64,000 bases of DNA from Podarcis liolepis (Eukaryota): assembly GCA_965112155.1 (NCBI GenBank), contig CBCOQI010000144.1; one strand, 5' to 3'. Shown piece after piece: positions 27,820-41,636 of this stretch; the stretch's first letter is position 1; each line of letters begins with the position of its first letter. Below the pieces are notes generated by a model. That model ran no database searches. It saw only the letters and a list, made by a program, of their open reading frames with translations, and was not told where the DNA came from. The position numbers were made by a program, and so were the translations under genes.

Positions 27820-27917
27820 TCAGCCCTTCTGCAAGAGTCCATATTCGTATGGAAGGAATGGGTTTTGCAACTTACTCCCATGTCTACAAGATGCATGAAA
27901 ACATAAGGCAAAATGTA

Positions 27918-28506
27918 CCGTATTTTTTGCTCTATAAGACTCACTTTTTCCCTCCTAAAAAGTAAGGGGAAATGTGTGTGCGTCTTATGGAGCGAATGCA
28001 GGCTGCGCAGCTATCCCAGAAGCCAGAACAGCAAGAGGGATTGCTGCTTTCACTGCGCAGCGATCCCTCTTGCTGTTCTGGCTTCTGAGATTCAGAATAT
28101 TTTTTTTCTTGTTTTCCTCCTCCAAAAACTAGGTGCGTCTTGTGGTCTGGTGCGTCTTATACAGTGGTGCCTCGCAAGATGAAATTAATTCGTTCCGCGA
28201 GTTTTTTCAACTTCCGTTTTTTTTCGTCTTGCGAAGCACGGTGTCGGAAAAGTTTTGGAACAGCTTCAAAAATCACCAAAGTCTTCAAAAACCTCAAAAA
28301 AGGCTACCAAGTCAAGTAGCAACTGTATTAACGGTTTTAAGAAAAAGGAAACAAATTTGCAAGACGTTTCCGTCTTGCGAAGCAAGCCCATAGGGAAAAT
28401 CGTCTTGCAAAGCAACTCAAAAAACCAAAAACCCTTTCGTTTTGCGAGTTTTCCGTCTTGCGAGGCATTCGTCTTGCGAGGTACCACTGTAGAGCGAAAA
28501 ATACGG
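27918..28506. mobile_element. MITE family C (host of the nested family B copy)
   Basis: ta|ccgtattttttgctc...gcgaaaaatacgg|ta, with an internal hairpin agaagccagaacagcaagaggg...ccctcttgctgttctggcttct. Confidence 0.85.
28162..28489. mobile_element. MITE family B nested in the right TIR of a family C MITE
   Basis: gtcttata|cagtggtgcc...gtaccactg|tagagcgaaaaatacgg. The TA duplication splits the host TIR. Confidence 0.88.
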
Positions 28507-29096
28507 TAAGTGCATGCAAGTGGGAAGGAAAACTATGGAACACCAGCTAGACATAGACTGATTTTCACATCCTATTCCGAAGAGGGGAATGACTATGAAG
28601 TTTTTAATGAAGGAAGAACTATATTTGAAGAGCATTATGAAGAGAGGCGGTCCTCAGGCAGGCTGATTAAGCAAAGAACTAGATCTGTGTGAACATACAA
28701 CGTAATTCAACGTAGTCCTGTGAAATGCATTAATATGAGGGATAGACCAAAAACATTCTTCACACACCCGACATTCCTAGGCTCCCCCGCTGTGACACCC
28801 AGACTATGGAACTCCCTGCACTGAAAATCCTATATTCCAGAAGCAGGGAATCTCCAGACATCGAAGTGTTAGACTATAGCTTCTATCTTCCCTACCCATT
28901 AGCCATGCCGGCTAGTGCAGATGGTTGCAAAGAGCATACATATCTATTCTGTGCAAACAGCTCACTCGAAGCCATGTGCAATCTATGTCATAGTGACAAA
29001 GCTGCAGAAAATAAATCTAAAGAGCATCATTTGAAATTCTCCAGATGATCTGGTATTCTCCTTGTATCTTCTATCTATCTAAAGCCTGCAGGATAC

Positions 29097-29215
29097 CTTA
29101 GTTAGTCAACAGAGCATGAGACTCTTAATCTCAAGGTTGTGAGTTTGAGCAAAAAGATTCCTGCATTGCAGGGGGGTTTAACTAAATGACCCTTGTGGTC
29201 CCTCTCTACAATGCC
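29097..29215 (+). mobile_element. Decayed tRNA-Lys-derived SINE with a CR1-like tail
   Basis: agagcatgagactcttaatctcaaggttgtgagtttgagc resembles tRNA-Lys(CTT); followed by ttcctgcattgcagggggtt...gacccttgtggtccc. Confidence 0.65.
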
Positions 29216-29878
29216 ATTGGCTGATCTGCTGTGATGTCACAGCAAGCCTTTACAGACACGGGTATAAGTGTGATTCCTGCATTGAGGGGTCTGGGCTAGA
29301 AGACCCCTGAGGTCCCTTCCAACTCTACAGATATAGGATTGTATGAAGGGTCCCTCTGTAACCATACCCCCTTACATGCCCTAATGTCACAGAAGACCTA
29401 GACAGCCTTGAGCAAAGTTGGTGAATTCTGAGGGGGAAACAGGAAAGCTTTGAATTCTAAGACCTTTAACAGCTTGTGCCAAATTAACCCCCTTCATGTG
29501 TCTCCGTATGGCATGGGATTCTGAATGACAACTCCTTAACACAGATCAGACCAGCGCTTTCAGAGCCTTTCAAAGAAAATAAGATGGCATTTTCTCTTTG
29601 TGAACACAATTACCCCATAGCCCACTTAGCTCCCCCTCAAAAAAATATAATTTTTTTTAAAAAATTGGCTCCTTTTCTTCACAGTACTAAACATTATACA
29701 TTACTCAACTACATTTAAGGCTTATTCATACTAGGATTTTTTTTGGAGGGGGAACATTCAAGTATAATAACTTGAAAGCCAAACTAAAACACCAACATGG
29801 TGTTGTTGTTGTTTTAAAAAAACATCCCATACAATAGATTAGACATGCCTACAATCAAGTATTTTCCCTGAGGCATTA

Positions 29879-30169
<291 letters not shown>

Positions 30170-31461
30170 TCAAGCAACGTTTCAAGTTTATATATTCAGC
30201 ACTGCATATATAAACAGAACAGGCTTCGTCAACCGGCATGATGCTACATTCCGTTATTTACTTTTACATTGTGAAGATCTTTAAGTCTATTTAAAATGGT
30301 ACTGTACTTTGTTGTTCCCGTTAGTACGGAAAAGAAGCAATTCTGCAGCATGAATCTACAGTAGAGGGAAGACTAGTGGGTTCAAGTGTACAATTTCAAA
30401 CATTAATAAACAAAAACAAAAGTCTCAATGCAAATTCTGGTGTGAATTTGGAATTCCTGGAAGGCCCAGATTATTATTTTCCCAATGCTTTTAGCCCTTA
30501 TGTAGGTAAATCTGAAATGCAGCATCTGAAGAAAGAGAACCTATGAATGTCTGCCTTTCTTCTTTTCTTCCAGACAGATCAGTATCTTCGTACATCCCTT
30601 AAATGCAACCCTTAATTTACTGACGTCTCTCCTTCTGATGGCCCCAAACATACACAGGCCAGACTCACATTATTGCCATTGCTTAGTAGTGTAGGTGCTG
30701 GCCCTACTGTCACAACCTGATGTTTCCACAGGCCATGGGCTAGAGCAGATCACACTAACTCTAAATAACAGCAGAGTGGGGGACCCCATTGTTCAATGTA
30801 ACATGGAAGCAGAAGCTGTCCATGTTCTCCAGGGTGCATCCTGTGTGGATGGGTGGGAGGAAGGAATAGTAAGAATTTCCCTGTTCCTTGGGAAACAACA
30901 TGAAGACAAAAGTAAGAGGATGAAAGGAAATGTATCCACGAAGCAGAATTTTAAGTCTAGGTCATGGCATTGGCCCCAGTCCTGTAGGACCAAACTAGAT
31001 GCAATGGGGACAATACCCATGTTTCCCTCATTCACATACACCGTGAAGGAATGGGTAATTTTTTTCTGAATGTGAAAAGCAGTGCAGGCACGAAGGCTCT
31101 TCTTACTTACTTGAATATTCTCCATCCCCCCCCCCCCATATTTCCACCTGTCCCCCAATGTCTGCATTCAGAGCTGGGATGGGCAAAAAGCTGCTTCGAA
31201 TCAAGGCAGGCTGTAGGTGGAGAGGTCCCAGAGTACTATCCGGTGTCCCAACCCATCAGTGGCATAGGCTAGCCAAGGTATTTGCAAGCCACCTGCCATT
31301 TTGGTTCCCTCAACAAAGAGACACTGTGAAGCAGTGCGGGGATGTCAAAATAGCAGCTTCCTACCCACCTACTGCTGTTGCTCCATGAATCTGAGTCAAG
31401 ATAAGGGTAAGTAGGGAGGACCAGCTCAAGGACTCAGAGGCCTTTTCCAGAGGCTCTTGAC

Positions 31462-31587
31462 TAGTGTTTCCCAAACTTGGGTCTCCAGCTGTTGTGTGAC
31501 TACAATCCTCATCATCCCTGACCACTGCTGGGGATGATGGGAGTTGTAGTCCAAAAACAGCTGGAGACCCAAGTTTGGAAAAACCTG
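31462..31587. mobile_element. Short palindromic (foldback) hAT-like MITE
   Basis: Arms ccaaacttgggtctccagctgtt / aacagctggagacccaagtttgg; degenerate 8-bp TSD ctcttgac/ctctcaac. Confidence 0.65.
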
Positions 31588-31809
31588 CTCTCAACCTTCA
31601 GTAGTCGCCTCTCCATTCTTAGTATTGCCAGCAGCCCTGTTTCAAGCAGTGGAGCACAGAGAAGAAAGACAGCAAAAGTATATTCCATAGCTCCCCCCGT
31701 CATGCTTAGTTTGGCCTCTCAAAGCTACATATCTCAACACTGAACCAAAGTCAACAGGAACTAGTTAGGCCTTATTACAGTGCTATGTTAGTAAGAAAGC
31801 AAGCATTAC

Positions 31810-31959
31810 CTGTTCTTTCAGGTGTTAATATTGCTTTATTGAATGTTTTAGAGAAGGCAGGAGTGTTAAAGCCATTGCTATATGGAGTGAGCCTTGCAAC
31901 AGGGCTATAGGGGAAAGCCAAGGAGACAGACGTAGAGAAGAGACTCCGCCATCGACTAG
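31810..31959 (-). CDS. SLAIN1: SLAIN1 coding exon 3 (150 nt, symmetric phase 1-1, probably a cassette exon)
   Basis: ttaacag|CTAGTCGATGG...GAAAGAACAG|gtaatg. Stop-free in the required frame: ASRWRSLFSTSVSLAFPYSPVARLTPYSNGFNTPAFSKTFNKAILTPERT. Resembles the PYSP..PYSSGFN..ILP segment of SLAIN2. Absent from the ORF track. Confidence 0.85.
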
Positions 31960-34900
31960 CTGTTAACAGACATGGTAAAGGAAGAGATGAGGTTAGATTT
32001 GGAGCAGACTCTTATCCATTAGGAAGTTAGGCATAAAAAGCTTAACAGCACAAATCTATACACATCTGCTCAGAAGCAAAGTCCTATTAAACACAACTTA
32101 GCCCCAGGTAAGTGTAGATATGATTGCAGTTTCAGCTGCAGTAGACGAGAGAGAAAAAACAGCAGGTGTTCAAAGACAAAATAAATAAAGGTTATTAAAG
32201 GCAGGATGTGAATCTTCAGAAACAGATTTAGAGTGTAAATTAGAAACAGATTTCTAATTTTTCGCCTCTCCCAGTACACAGCACTATTGATTATGTCAGC
32301 TATCTCAAGGCTTAAGAGACAAGATTTCAAGTATTTCAAACATTAAAAAATGCTAATGCAAGTTTGCACATAAAGAAAGTAAGAGATTGTGAAAAGATTT
32401 TGATAATGGACAAAATCATGTTATTGTACATAGTAGAGCCGGAAATGGACAAAATTGGCACGCAATTAATTAAGTTTATTACAAATTGGAACTGCTCTTT
32501 CCCTTACTGAGATAGTAAATGCTACAGAACAGATGATGAGCTTACTGTATTTGTTTCTAGTATCTTGACAAGGTATTGTTGTAGAACAGATTTTAGCTCA
32601 ATATTTCATAAAATAATAAATTGCTTTAATATTGCATTTTAAATTGTTGTAGCCCACGCTGGCACCCTGGCTGAAAGGAGAGTAATAAACTGAATTAATA
32701 AATCTGGATCATTGTCTTGATTTTCTTTAAGTATACGGTGTAACAGATAATACATATGACATTTATTCGTACAAAACATTACTGGGTGTGGTTAATTGGG
32801 ACATAACTGAACTGAGAGTTAAGCTACAGGGCACACAGTAAAGTACAGGCTCCCTCATCAAGTGCTAAAAACAAACTTAATCCCCTTCATAAGCTTTTAA
32901 GCCATCAGACACAAATATTTCTTCCTTTTAACAACATGAAATTCCAAGTTACATAAGCATGAATATATTTAATGCATATCTGCACACTCTGAAGTAGACA
33001 TCTCTCCCATATCTATCAAATATGCAACATCAGAAAGCCTCAGTAATCTCACAGCCACATCCAGGGCAAGGCTTAAGGAATTTTTACATATACAGAAAAT
33101 GATATTCAGAATAGGCTTCTTAAAAGTAGAATAAAATTTCTCTATGTATCTAAGAAAGCTAACTAGTGTGGTATAATGGTTACAGCGTCAGGCTAGGACC
33201 AGGGAGACACGGGTTCAAGAACCAGGTATACTACTCTGGGGAGGAACAGCGAGATTAAAATGTAACAAAATAAAGGAAAGAAAAGCAGGGCAACATCCCT
33301 ATTCTCTACTCCTCCAGACACTTCTAGAAGTTCAAAATGTCATACAAATCACACACCCCTTCACATATCATGCTCTGTGACAGCATTACCACAACCTGCC
33401 ATTAACTGCATTACAGCTGTTGAGCAACAAAAAATTAATATGAAATCCAAAAAGAGATGTAACATCCCAGGTGTGAGAATCTGAGTCTTACAACTTTTTT
33501 TTAACTAAAAAAAAATGTATCTTCCATATTAGCGAACCTGATAGCACTTCAAGCAAAATTTGAAAATTTAAAATTCAGATTTAAAAGTAGTTGAATGTAC
33601 TATTAATACCACCTATTAATTAAAACAATAGGGTCAACCCCACGCATCTAATGTTAACATGCTCTAGAAGACTCCTAGGACTTGCCACTGAAAGTTAAGT
33701 GATGTCCAAGAGTGTCAATCTCATATCATTTGGGTACCAATATTTTAAATGGGCACGCTTTCCTTTAAGTCCCACCTCATTCCAGGGCAGCAGACATCCC
33801 AGAATACACTGGGCATTGCCACTGTCAATACATTGCACTCAATGAACCACAGACAACGCAGCTCTATGGAGTTCCTTGTTTTTTAAGCTTTGATGCAGCA
33901 ATCCCGTATATGAGACACATGATCACTGTAGTATTGGGCGCCACTTGGGTCTACAATCTACGCACGTCAAGACCCATCATGCTGAGCAAAGCACATTAGC
34001 AATGAATGGCATCCCAGCCAGGACTCCTGTTTTAAGGACTTGATCACAAGTTACAGAGGCCTCCTTTGCCAAAATCAAGCCCGGTCTATTAAATCATGAG
34101 CTTTAATGACTAAATGAATTTTCCACAAATGCAAAATATATTTTAGGAACAAGCAGGCGGCTGCCACCTTAGAAGAAAACCCGAAGGAAGCAAAAGCTAC
34201 AGTATACCTGTGATTTTAATACCACTGGCAACGTTTTGTACTTCTCATTATAAACCAGCAAAAGGAGGCAGACGTTAAAAGGCCTTTGTGATTCTCCTTT
34301 TAAATGCAAGACAGTTTTGTAACAGCGTGGTCATTTGCCAAGGCCAATTAATGGCCTGCATGCTCTCACCCACAGATGCAGTCAACAACGCAAGTGTAAG
34401 CCGCATTCATTATTTTGCACAATAGCTCCTGTGACAAGACTTGTCCTGAACAAAGCTACTGTTTTTGCAGCTGTGACTCTTAAGAACCACACCAAGAACA
34501 CCACGTTTGCCACTAAGGAAATGGATGAGAGGTGAAAATATATTCTAGAGCCATCAGCTGTTCTTCAGAGAGGGGCAAGACCCAATCCCTCCTTGGCATA
34601 GAAAGTGGGGAAAGAGTGCTCACCTATTCTCATCCTTATAAATGCAACTGGAATGATTTGGCGGACTGTCAGCTCAGAAACACAGAGACACACACATGCC
34701 AGATCGCTAGTTTTACATGATAAGGAGTTTGCAGCCCCAAACAATTAGATTGGCCCATGTACTAGATATCCATGCCGAAAGGTGTCAACCTCTCTGCTTT
34801 GATAACAAGGATCCCTCTGTTCACCAATGCTACTCAAGTTCTTAGAAACTTCCTTGGGGATTGTTATATGGTGAAGTTAGTTACAGCCAGACCCTGCACG

Positions 34901-37900
34901 TGTTTTGCAGCCCCTCAAGACATGCCCACTGCCCCATACGTCAGTGAAGGCACCTATCTCAGACTCAGTTCAGCACTTAAGCCCAACTTTAACCACCTAA
35001 GAATCCTGGGCACTGCAGTTTGCTAAGGGTGCTGGGAGCTTTTTGAGAGACCCCTATTCCCCTCACAGAACTATAATTCCCAGAGTACCCTGGGGAAGAG
35101 GGATTAACTGTTTAAGCACTCTGCAAATTGTAGCTTCACACGTTTGGGCAGGGCTTGATTGGCTAAAGAGGTGTGGCAGACAGGGTGAACAAGCTATGTG
35201 CTTTATACCTGATTGATCAATGGGTTGCCCAGAACAGCTACTGGTGAAATGATGGACATTCACAAGTGTTTTTTCCCATGGTAGAGAGAACACTGGGTTG
35301 CTGAGATGAAGATGACCCATTTGTGGGGTGCAGAGAAACTAAGCACTGAGTAATAAAGGTTGTGCTCTGGACTACATTGCACTGTTAACTTTGTTCCAGG
35401 TAAAGATCTAAACCTTTCAGAATATGAACAATTTCTTCCTTGCAAGAACAAAATATAACCATAAGCGTTAAAGGCAAAACCATATTTCCACAATGTGTCC
35501 TCCCCCACACACATATACAGCAAAAGGGCAAATGCAAAAACAACCGTTCCCCTCCAAGAGTAAGCACTGTTCAAGAGGCACAGAAAAACTTGCTGCACCA
35601 ACTTCTACTAAGTCAACATTTGATGAGAAGTGATGGTGCAGCTCAAGCGTGAAGGCTTAAAAAATGAAAATATAACTTACAGAGGCACTTGGGCCCGACA
35701 GAAACAAGAGAAAACAGATCAAGAGCCTTTCCTACCGTGTCTGGTATGATCTAGCTCTTATAGAAGAGTCGTTTCTCAAAGGAAGCACAAGTCACATGAT
35801 TCCCTAAAGCCCGTATGCATGTCACATAAGAACGTAAGGAAAGCCTGCTGTATCAGGCCAATGGCCCATATAGTCCAACGTCCTGTTTTCATGGTGGCCA
35901 AACATGGTGGCCTATGGGAAGCCTGCAAGCACAAAAGCACCCACAGTCTCCAACAACTGTGTGCTCTTTTTGTATGTGTGTATGTGCTATACTTTCCTTT
36001 AAAAAAGAACGAATTATGGGTTCTTGTTTGAAAAGGGAAACCTATATAAGGATAATTTATTTTCTTTCCATTTGTCCTAGAATTTTCCTCTAAGTTGCTC
36101 AAATTGTTAGGCAATTGGGCAAATTTTATTTTTTTTATACCCCTTCACTGATCAACTAAATTATATATTTTTTTCTTGTGAAATGCCCTGAGATCTTTTG
36201 ATGAAGAGTGGTATATAAATCTTATCATCATCACCACAAGCATTACTGCCTCCGACTGTGGAGGAAGAGCGTAGCCTTCATGGCAAGTAGTGACCGATAG
36301 CATCGTCCTCCATGACCGAATCCTCTTTTAAAGTCTTCCAAGTTGGTGGCCGTTGCTGCTTCCTGCAGGAGTGAGTTCCATAGTTTAACTAGGTGCAACT
36401 AGGTGCAACATAGTGTTTTATTTTACCTGTTCTGAATCTTCCAACACTCAGCTTCACTGCATGTTCACAAGCTCTAGTGTTCCAAGAGAGATCCCCTCCC
36501 ATCCACTTTCTCCATGCAGTCAATCATGATATTTGGATGAACTGTGTCTGGACCACCTCTGAACAAGAGTCCAGAGGGTGGGACGACAAAGGACAGGGCA
36601 ACAACTTCCCACAAATAAGCAACCTCACAACAGCTGGAGTTTACCATATGGCAGACCCATCGTTCTACTATGATTAGGGGCCAGAAATCTGGCCTCCTGA
36701 GAAGGACTACCCTTTTCTTCGGTTGCCAGTCCAGCAGATGGAAAAGGTGTGCGGAAAGCTCAATCTGGGGAACATGACTTGCAGAATTTATTCCACCTCC
36801 CCCTCCTGATAAAATTAGCACTGACTTGTCAAGGGCATGTTAGTCCCGAGGGCTGTTTCTTACTGGCACTTTCCTGGGCGCATCTTTTGAATGAGGAAGC
36901 AGAAGAGGAGAAACAACAAGCCATACCCGAGAGCAATTAGAGACAGTGATATATAGAAAGAGACTGTAAATGCGTGTGAAGCAGCTGAAATATGGATTTG
37001 TGCTGATGGCTTGTTGTTGTTGTTGTTGCTAGCGAGACAGCTGATGAAACCATTGCCATGGTTATGAAACCTCTGCACAAAAACTCAGTGAAACACAGTA
37101 AGAATGTGAATCACAGATTTGAGAAGTTGGAACGGACCCCCTAGGGTCACCCAGTCCAACCCCTGCTATGCAGAAATAATGAAATAAACTATCGATCGGT
37201 AAAAATAAGTCACAGAATAGGATGGAAACATGTCCTTAAAATTGTAAGAACATTAGACTACTGCCTCACACCAGGTCCGCCTATTTGTCTGTCTTGACCC
37301 ACTATTGTCCACTTGGCTAGGAAAAAGTCCTTCAGGGTGTCCAGAAGTCTCTTCCATCATCTACTACCTGCTCATTACGTGGAGACACCAGAGGCTGAAT
37401 TTGGACCTTGCATGTGTTCTACCACCGAGCTACAGCACCTCCATTTATTTCTGCATTGCATTTGGTTCTCCAAAAACTGTAGTTTCAGACAGAAGGTGCG
37501 GAAAGAAGAGTCTAGGTAGGCTGATGCAAACCATCAACTAACGATGACCGAGAGGACTTCCAAATATGCCCGGTAAGTTCCTTCATGATACTCTCCTCCA
37601 CCAACTTTTGCCGTTTGCTTAGTGTGGCCGAAAATGCCCGCGTTATGTAACCTCATAGCTGCCTTTTCCAAAGAACATTTTTGTCAGAGGAACCGAATGC
37701 AGCAGAGACCTGCAGCCAAATGTCTTGGTGATTATCTCAAATCAATATGTTGAAATTCCGTACCTCCAGAGCTTGCATGACTCTTCAATCTTCCCCCCGC
37801 CCCCAGACGGTACATAGTGTTTCTTCTCACTAGCTTGCCATTCTGCTTCTCAGTTATCTACTTCCTACGGGCCCTTATTTCTCAGTACTGCTCAATCTGT

Positions 37901-38536
37901 TCTGCTGCAGCTGCCCTGGAGGTCCTTATTCCTGAAACCTCCAACTCTGGGACCTTCTCCCCACTTAAACCCTTCTGCACATAGCATTCAACCTAGACCC
38001 CCGTGTGAGGTTTTAAACCTACACACTATAGCTTCCCTCACAGCAGACGCATACTGTCAGCTCAGTCACTGCTTAGCAAGAAAGGGTGGCTGGCAGGTAT
38101 CAGACAAGATATTGCCTTGCTACGGATAGATACACAAAGGACAAGGTGCGCTTTCAAAGGACATGGAGCTGTGACCCAAGAGTTCCTGAAATGGCTCAAA
38201 AACTGCCGTGTGCGACAGATATCACAAGGAAAATGGCACTCTCACAAACACTGTAGTGGTACATGCTTGTTGCTTATAGCCACCTCCAGACTGTCAGTAT
38301 TTTTGCAAGAGGGATTCAATCACATAACAGAAATTTAGGTTTGTGCAATGAGAAGCACCAGGCATTCCTTTTTATTCGTTATCGTTTGTGCTCATGATGG
38401 TGTTGGAGCTGTTCTGTGCAATCCTGCTTTCAATTCTGTTCCATGCCTGCTGCAGGTTTGGGGCAGACGTACGGCTTAGTTTCCAAATAGGGGCACATCC
38501 TGTCGATTCCTGCTAATATTCTGTACTGTTTCAGAC

Positions 38537-39521
38537 CAGCCACTGATCAGATGTTTTGAAGCTGTGGCTGGATGGTTACGTGGAAGCCGGTTGAAGTTAA
38601 ATCCTTTGAAGACAGAGGTCCTTTGGCTGGGTTGGAATGATATGGGTTTTTTTGGGGGGGGCAACTCCCATCTCTTATGTGGGCACAATTAGTGTCAGCA
38701 CCATCCGTTAAGAGTTTGGGTGTAATCTTCGACACTTCCCTTTCCATGGAGGCGCAGATTGCAGCTATAACAAAGATGGCATTTTTTCATCTCCACCAAG
38801 CTAAGCAGTTGGCTCCTTACCTCTCTCGTCCTGACCTAGCCACTGTGATCCACGCGACGGTCACCTCCAGACTGGATTATTGTAACTTGCTCTATGTGGG
38901 GTTGCCCTTGAGACTGACCCAGAAACTCCAGCAGGTGCAGAATGCCGCAGCGAGACTCCTTACGGGGTCCTTGCTGCGAGATCACATTCACCTGGTGCTA
39001 TACCAGCTGCACTGGCTCCCGGTGGAGTATAGGATCAGGTTTAAGGTGCTGGTTTTAACCTTCAAAGCCCTATACGGCCTAGGACCCTCGTACCTACGGG
39101 ACCGCCTCTCCTGGTATGTCCCACAGAGGTCTTCAAACAAAAACATCTTGTAGGTCCCAGGCCACAGAGAGGTTAGGCTGGCCTCAACCAGAGCCAGGGC
39201 CTTTTCAGCTGTAGCTCCGATCTGGTGGAACGCTCTGTCACAAGAGACTAGGGCCCTGCGGGACTTGACATCTTTCCGCAGGGCCTGCAAGACAGAGCTG
39301 TTCCACCAGGCCTTTGGCCAGGGCACAGCCTGACTCCCTCCTTCGGCAATCCTCACAAAACTTCTATCCCAAATGGTTGCCATTAATTTGATTGGAATTA
39401 ATTTTATAATGAAATGATTTTAGAATGTTTTATCATTTTACTGTTGTTAGCCGCTCTGAGCCCGGCTTCGGATGGGGAGAGGGGATATAAATAAAATTTA
39501 TTTTTATTTTATTTTATTTTT

Positions 39522-39580
<59 letters not shown>
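38537..39580 (+). mobile_element. L2-clade LINE 3' fragment with (ATT)n tail
   Basis: LKLNPLKTEVL..VKSLGVIFD..SRLDYCN..LQQVQNAAARLL..LHWLPVEYRIRFK; long (ATT)n/(TTTTA)n tail. Confidence 0.88.
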
Positions 39581-39584
<4 letters not shown>

Positions 39585-40083
39585 CCAGGGTTAGGCTGGG
39601 GTGTATGCATTGTTCTCCTTTCATTGCACATTATAGCAAAAAAGTGCATTAGGGAAGCACTGTAGAACAACTAAGAGAATGCAGTATAAATCCACTACGA
39701 ATGCGCTATTATTTTATGAATGACACACTGCAGAATATATTTGCCAAAAAAAAGAAAAGCCACCAGCCTGAAGGAGCCCAGACTCCTCCATGTGCTCAGT
39801 TCATTGGGCCATTGCAGAATAAAATTAAGATACTATCATGCTCACACACACAAAGCCAAGTATTTGGCAAGTTTCATGCCAGAATATACTTTCAGTAACA
39901 AAAGCAAGCACTTGAATGGAGCATTTCCCCCTTTCTTAAAAACAAGTTCTCCAGAGATTAACATGTGTTCATCCCTCATTTGCTTCTGAAACCTCAGCAT
40001 CCGGAGGCCAAAGTAAAACACAGACTGTGGAAATAAACATGACATGGGGAAACAGAAACTCTTGAGTGTTATTAACGCATATA

Positions 40084-41144
40084 CAGTGGTGCCTCGCAAG
40101 ACGAAATTAATTCGTTCCGCAAGTTTTTTCTTCTTGCGAGTTTTTCGTCTTGCGAAGCACGGTTTCCCATAGGAATGCATTGAAAATCAATTAATGCGTT
40201 CCTATGGAGACCGCCTTCAGACCAGGTCCAGGGACAGTCTGTCCCCAGACCTCTTCTGAAGGCTGGCGGGGGGAGAAGGACTTTTCTCCCCACCGCCAGC
40301 CTTCAGAACAGCCTTCTGAAGGCTGGCAGTGGGAAGAAAAGCCCTTCTCCCGCCGCCAGCCTTCAGAAGACTTCCCGGAGGGCTGCCTTGGCTGCGGATA
40401 GCAGCCTGCTGCCCGGTGCGAGGCAGACATCTGCAGCTTGGGGTGCCCTGCAGGACTTCCCCGCAGGGCTCTCCAAGCTGCGAATAGCAGCCTGCTGCCC
40501 CGCACGAGGGGCGCTCTTAAGCAGAGCGCCCCTCGCGCGGGGCAGACACCTGCAGCTTGGGGAGCCCTGCAGGACTTCCCCGCAGGGCTCTCCAAGCTGC
40601 GGATAGCAGCCTGCTGCCCCGCCCGAGGGGCGCTCTTAAGCAGAACGCCCCTCGCGTGGGGCAGACATTCGCAGCTTGGGGAGCCCTGCAGGACTTCCCC
40701 GCAGGGCTCTCCAAGCTGCGGATAGCAGCCTGCTGCCCCGCACGAGGGGCGCGCCTTCCCCTCTGTTCCCGGACCTGTCCTGAAGGCTTGCGGTGGGAGG
40801 AGGGCTTTCCTCCCCACCGCCAACATTCAGAATGCTGTTCTGAATGTTGGCGGTGGGAAGGAAAAACCCTCCTCCCACCGCAAGCCCCGGGAACAGAGGA
40901 GAAGCGCTGCGCGCCTTCTCCTCTGTTCCCGGACCTCCCACCACAAGCCTTCAGGACAGGTCTGGGAACAGAGGAGAAGGTGCGCTGCGCTTCCCCGCTG
41001 TCCCAGGAGATTTCCCTATGGGCTTTCGTCTTGCGAAGCAAGCCCATAGGGAAATTCGTCTTGCGAAGCCTCTAAAAATCGGAAAACCCTTTCGTCTTGC
41101 GGGTTTTTCGTTTAGCGAGGCATTCGTCTTGCGGGGTACCACTG
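40084..41144. mobile_element. Long MITE family B copy with a GC-rich 119-bp tandem repeat
   Basis: Family B TIRs and TA TSD. 119-bp units start at 40436, 40555 and 40674. Confidence 0.85.
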
Positions 41145-41566
41145 TAATAGGTTTGGAACAACTCTCTCAGATGCTCCAGAAAAACAAAGGAAATGATAAA
41201 CGAGAGATCAATTGACAAGTTTCACAGGGAATTTTGAAAGTGAACTGATCTCCTATTCATTATAAAGATTCTTTCTGTCAGGAAATCTGGCCAGTTTTAC
41301 TTAATGAACTCTTGTTTTATGAAGAGTTATGGCTATAAATTTGTTTAGCTCTTTTAGTGTTGCACTCGACTACAGTTGCAATCCTGTATACACTTACCTG
41401 TGAATAAGTCTTACTTAACTCGGTGAGGCTTACTTCTGAGCAGATATGTATAGGCTGTAAAGAATAGGGTTTAGCAGTTTTCATTTTTAAAACCACCACC
41501 ACAAAACTATTAATAAACCCACTGACATTTTCGGTACCAGCATTTCCTCATGATGGTGACACATGA

Positions 41567-41567
<1 letters not shown>

Positions 41568-41633
<66 letters not shown>
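41568..41633. repeat. Compound (CA)n(GA)n microsatellite
   Basis: Seen directly. Confidence 0.95.

Positions 41634-41636
<3 letters not shown>

Noticed and set aside
29097-29160. tRNA-Lys-like sequence as a tRNA gene
   Set aside because: The acceptor stem and T arm are decayed and it runs into a CR1-like tail, so it is a SINE head.
32100-32160. Strong-looking minus-strand acceptor (ttttttctctctcgtctactgcag at 32136) and + strand CAG|GTAAGT near exon 3
   Set aside because: The acceptor leads to an in-frame TAA within 13 codons with no good donor. It cannot be supported as an exon without transcript data.
40191-41215. Cluster of 100-211 aa ORFs
   Set aside because: Products of the GC-rich tandem interior of a MITE; no transposase motifs.
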